Origin: an uncultured Chloroflexia bacterium
GTDB lineage: Bacteria > Chloroflexota > Limnocylindria > Limnocylindrales > CSP1-4
Assembly (NCBI GenBank): GCA_963748625.1
Contig: CAVVJT010000010.1
Location: forward strand, 928,001 to 992,000
Direction of reading: 5' to 3'
DNA length: 64,000 nucleotides
This document shows, piece after piece, positions 62,050 to 64,000 of the stretch. A program made the position numbers and the translations under genes. The notes under the pieces are model-generated. The model was not told where the DNA came from. It saw only the letters and a list, made by a program, of their open reading frames with translations, and ran no database searches. Each line of letters begins with the position of its first letter. Positions within the stretch are counted from its first letter, which is position 1.

Positions 62050-63504
62050 ATGCGACCCCGTTTCGAGCTCCTCGACCCCGCCCTGATCGACCGCGTCGTG
62101 AACGAGGCACTCGAGCTCCTCGTCACGCCCGGCATCAAGGTGGAGGAGCCCGAGGCGATCGCGCTGCTCGTGGCCAACGGCGCCACGGCCGACGGGATCC
62201 GCGTGTCCATCCCGGAGGCGATGGTCCGCCGCGCGCTGGACACGGTCCCCCATGCCTTCTCGCTCTACAACCGCGCCGGCGAGCCGGTGGTGGGGTACGG
62301 CTCCGGGCGTGTCCATTTCGATCCCGGGTCCTCCGGGGTCGCGGTGCTGGATCCCTAGACCGGTGACACGCGCCGCTCGATGGCCGCGGACCTGGCTCGT
62401 GTCATCCGCGTGGCCGACGCGCTGCCCGCGTACGACGCCGCCTCCACGGCGATCGTGGCGCACGACGTGCCCACCGAGATCGGCGACCTGTACCGGGTGT
62501 TCGTCGTGCTCATGAACTCGGGCAAGCCGATGATCACGGGCGCCTTCTCGCCCCGCGGGTCGTCGGTGATGCTGGACCTGCTCGCGCTCGACGCGGGCGG
62601 GCGGGCGGCACTCGCCGAGAAGCCGCGCGCCGTCTTCGACGTCTGCCCGTCGCCGCCGCTCACCTGGTCCGAGTTCGCGTGCCGCAACGCGATGGACCTC
62701 GCCCGGGCGCACGTGCCGGTGGAGCTGATCTCGATGCCGCTGGCGGGGGTCGCGGCGCCGGTCACGCTGATCGGGTGCATCGTCCAGCACGCCGCCGAGT
62801 CCATGGCGGGCGTCGTGCTCCACCAGCTGGCCGAGGCCGGGGCGCCCATCGTGTGGGGCGGCGCGCCTGCGATCGTGGACATGCGCTCGGGCGCGACGCC
62901 GATGGGCGCTGTGGAGACGGCGATGATCAACGCCGGCAACGCGGCCATCGGCAAGTCGCTGGGGCTCCCGGTCCACGGCTACATGGGCGCCTCGGACTCC
63001 AAGATCGTGGACGCGCAGGCTGGCTACGAGTCGGCGACGACCGCGCTCATCGGCGGCCTGGCCGGCGTGGACATGATCTCCGGTCCCGGCATGATCGACT
63101 TCCTGCTGGCCCAGAGCCCGGAGAAGCTGGTCCTCGACGCGGACATGATCGGGATGATCCAGCGGCTGCTGCGCGGCGTGGCCACGCCGACCGAGACGCT
63201 CGCAACGGACTTCTTCGCCCAGGCAGGGCCGGAGGGCCGGTTCCTCGAGCTGCAGGACACCCGCAAGCTCTTCCGCTCCGAGCAGTACCTGCCGTCGAAG
63301 GCGTTCAACCGCGACTCGCGCCGGTCCTGGCTCGATGGCGGCGGGCTCGACGCGTACGGGCGGGCCCGCCAGCGGGTCGAGGAGATCATGGCCGGTCCGG
63401 TGAACGGGCCGTCGCCGGAGCTGGGCGCTGCCCTGGCCGGGTGCGTCCGCGAGGCGGGCGCTCCGTTCGGACTCGGCGAGGAGTTGCCGGGCATCAGCGG
63501 GTAG
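62050..63504 (+). CDS. Second MttB-superfamily methyltransferase, interrupted by an in-frame TAG at 62356-62358
   Basis: ORFs ending at 62358 and starting at 62380 share a frame. The read-through is 484 aa, colinear with the paralogue: PSPPL, APVTLIG, DMRSG, SDSK..DAQAGYE, SPEKLVLD. Confidence 0.88.
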
Positions 63505-63585
63505 CGCGCGGGGCGGCGGGCGTCAGCGGCGCTCCAGATCCGTCACCGCGCAATCGGGCTCACGCGGCGCCTCCACCCGACTCAC

Positions 63586-63717
63586 AGTCAACGAAACCCC
63601 GCAAATCGCCTCGCGCGGGTCTCGGATGCGGGGATTCGTCGCCTCCAAGGCAACGCCCGCCCGAAAACAGCGCCTCCAGCGGGCGATTCAGCGGTCGGAT
63701 GTGCGGATTCGTCGACT
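63586..63717. mobile_element. Non-coding REP/MITE-like element with terminal and internal inverted repeats
   Basis: AGTCAACGAAACCCCGCAAATC pairs imperfectly with GATGCGGGGATTCGTCGCCT (~63625) and GATGTGCGGATTCGTCGACT (ends 63717). Confidence 0.45.
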
Positions 63718-63768
63718 TCGACGCAGCGGCCCAAGCGCCGGGCCCGGGCGACGTGAGCCTGGGCGCCG

Positions 63769-64000
63769 TCAGCGCATCGACGCGGCGATCTCCAGGGTGC
63801 GCGCACGTCCCAGCGCGGACTCGAGCCGGTACAGGGTGCCGTCGCGCGCGAAGACCAGCGTGTCACCGGCGACGACCGCCCGAAGCACCTCGGCTCGGCC
63901 GCCCGGTCCCAGGTACAGCAGCTCGTGCGGGGCGCCCGAGATCCACCAGCCACGATCGCCGCCCACGCTGACGGGCTCGATCGTCGTCTCCGGGCCGAGA
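63769..64000 (-). CDS. Partial (3' end) hypothetical protein, possibly an extracytoplasmic anti-sigma-type domain
   Basis: ..EPVSVGGDRGWWISGAPHEL..GDTLVFARDGTLYRLESAL..LEIAASMR; open to the window edge. Confidence 0.6.
   Translation of the reverse strand, partial: LGPETTIEPVSVGGDRGWWISGAPHELLYLGPGGRAEVLRAVVAGDTLVFARDGTLYRLESALGRARTLEIAASMR

Overview
Very GC-rich bacterial chromosomal window. A Chloroflexota-like origin is my inference from gene content, an AGAAC-N4-GTTCT LexA-type box and many leaderless genes. About 60 genes in five blocks. (1) 1-8.8 kb: housekeeping and hypothetical genes (SDR epimerase, adenosine deaminase, HAD-IIA, NYN/YacP, ccsB, BadF-type kinase, a scrambled XRE pseudogene). 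(2) 8.8-12.6 kb: class II B12-dependent ribonucleotide reductase nrdJ behind an unusually dense control region: LexA-type box, five helically phased DnaA-type boxes, two NrdR boxes, a sigma70 promoter and a ~290-nt structured leader. (3) 12.6-22.8 kb: NERD nuclease, ung, a secreted FN3 protein, a Phd-VapC toxin-antitoxin pair, DUF4332 and hypFCDE with a DosR/OsdR-like box. (4) 23-50.5 kb: a large, uncharacterised (amino)sugar/glycoside catabolic region with an ABC transporter, three Gfo/Idh/MocA oxidoreductases, an IolE-like protein, DeoC, SIS, ROK kinase and regulator, GntR, NagA, NagB, PfkB, a TrpF paralogue lacking its catalytic Cys, a UroD-like protein, PTE, an FAD oxidoreductase and an SDR. 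It is interrupted by an AraC/old-yellow-enzyme/GNAT cassette. (5) 53-63.5 kb: an apparently complete corrinoid-dependent demethylation cluster (UroD/MtaA-like, DUF1638, pterin-binding methyltransferase, MetF-MetV fusion, RamA/ASKHA activator, corrinoid protein and two MttB genes, the second with an in-frame TAG). All six clear frameshifts are single-base insertions, which points to sequencing or assembly error. No rRNA, tRNA, CRISPR array or transposase was seen. Several unrelated 110-200 bp palindromic intergenic elements are present.
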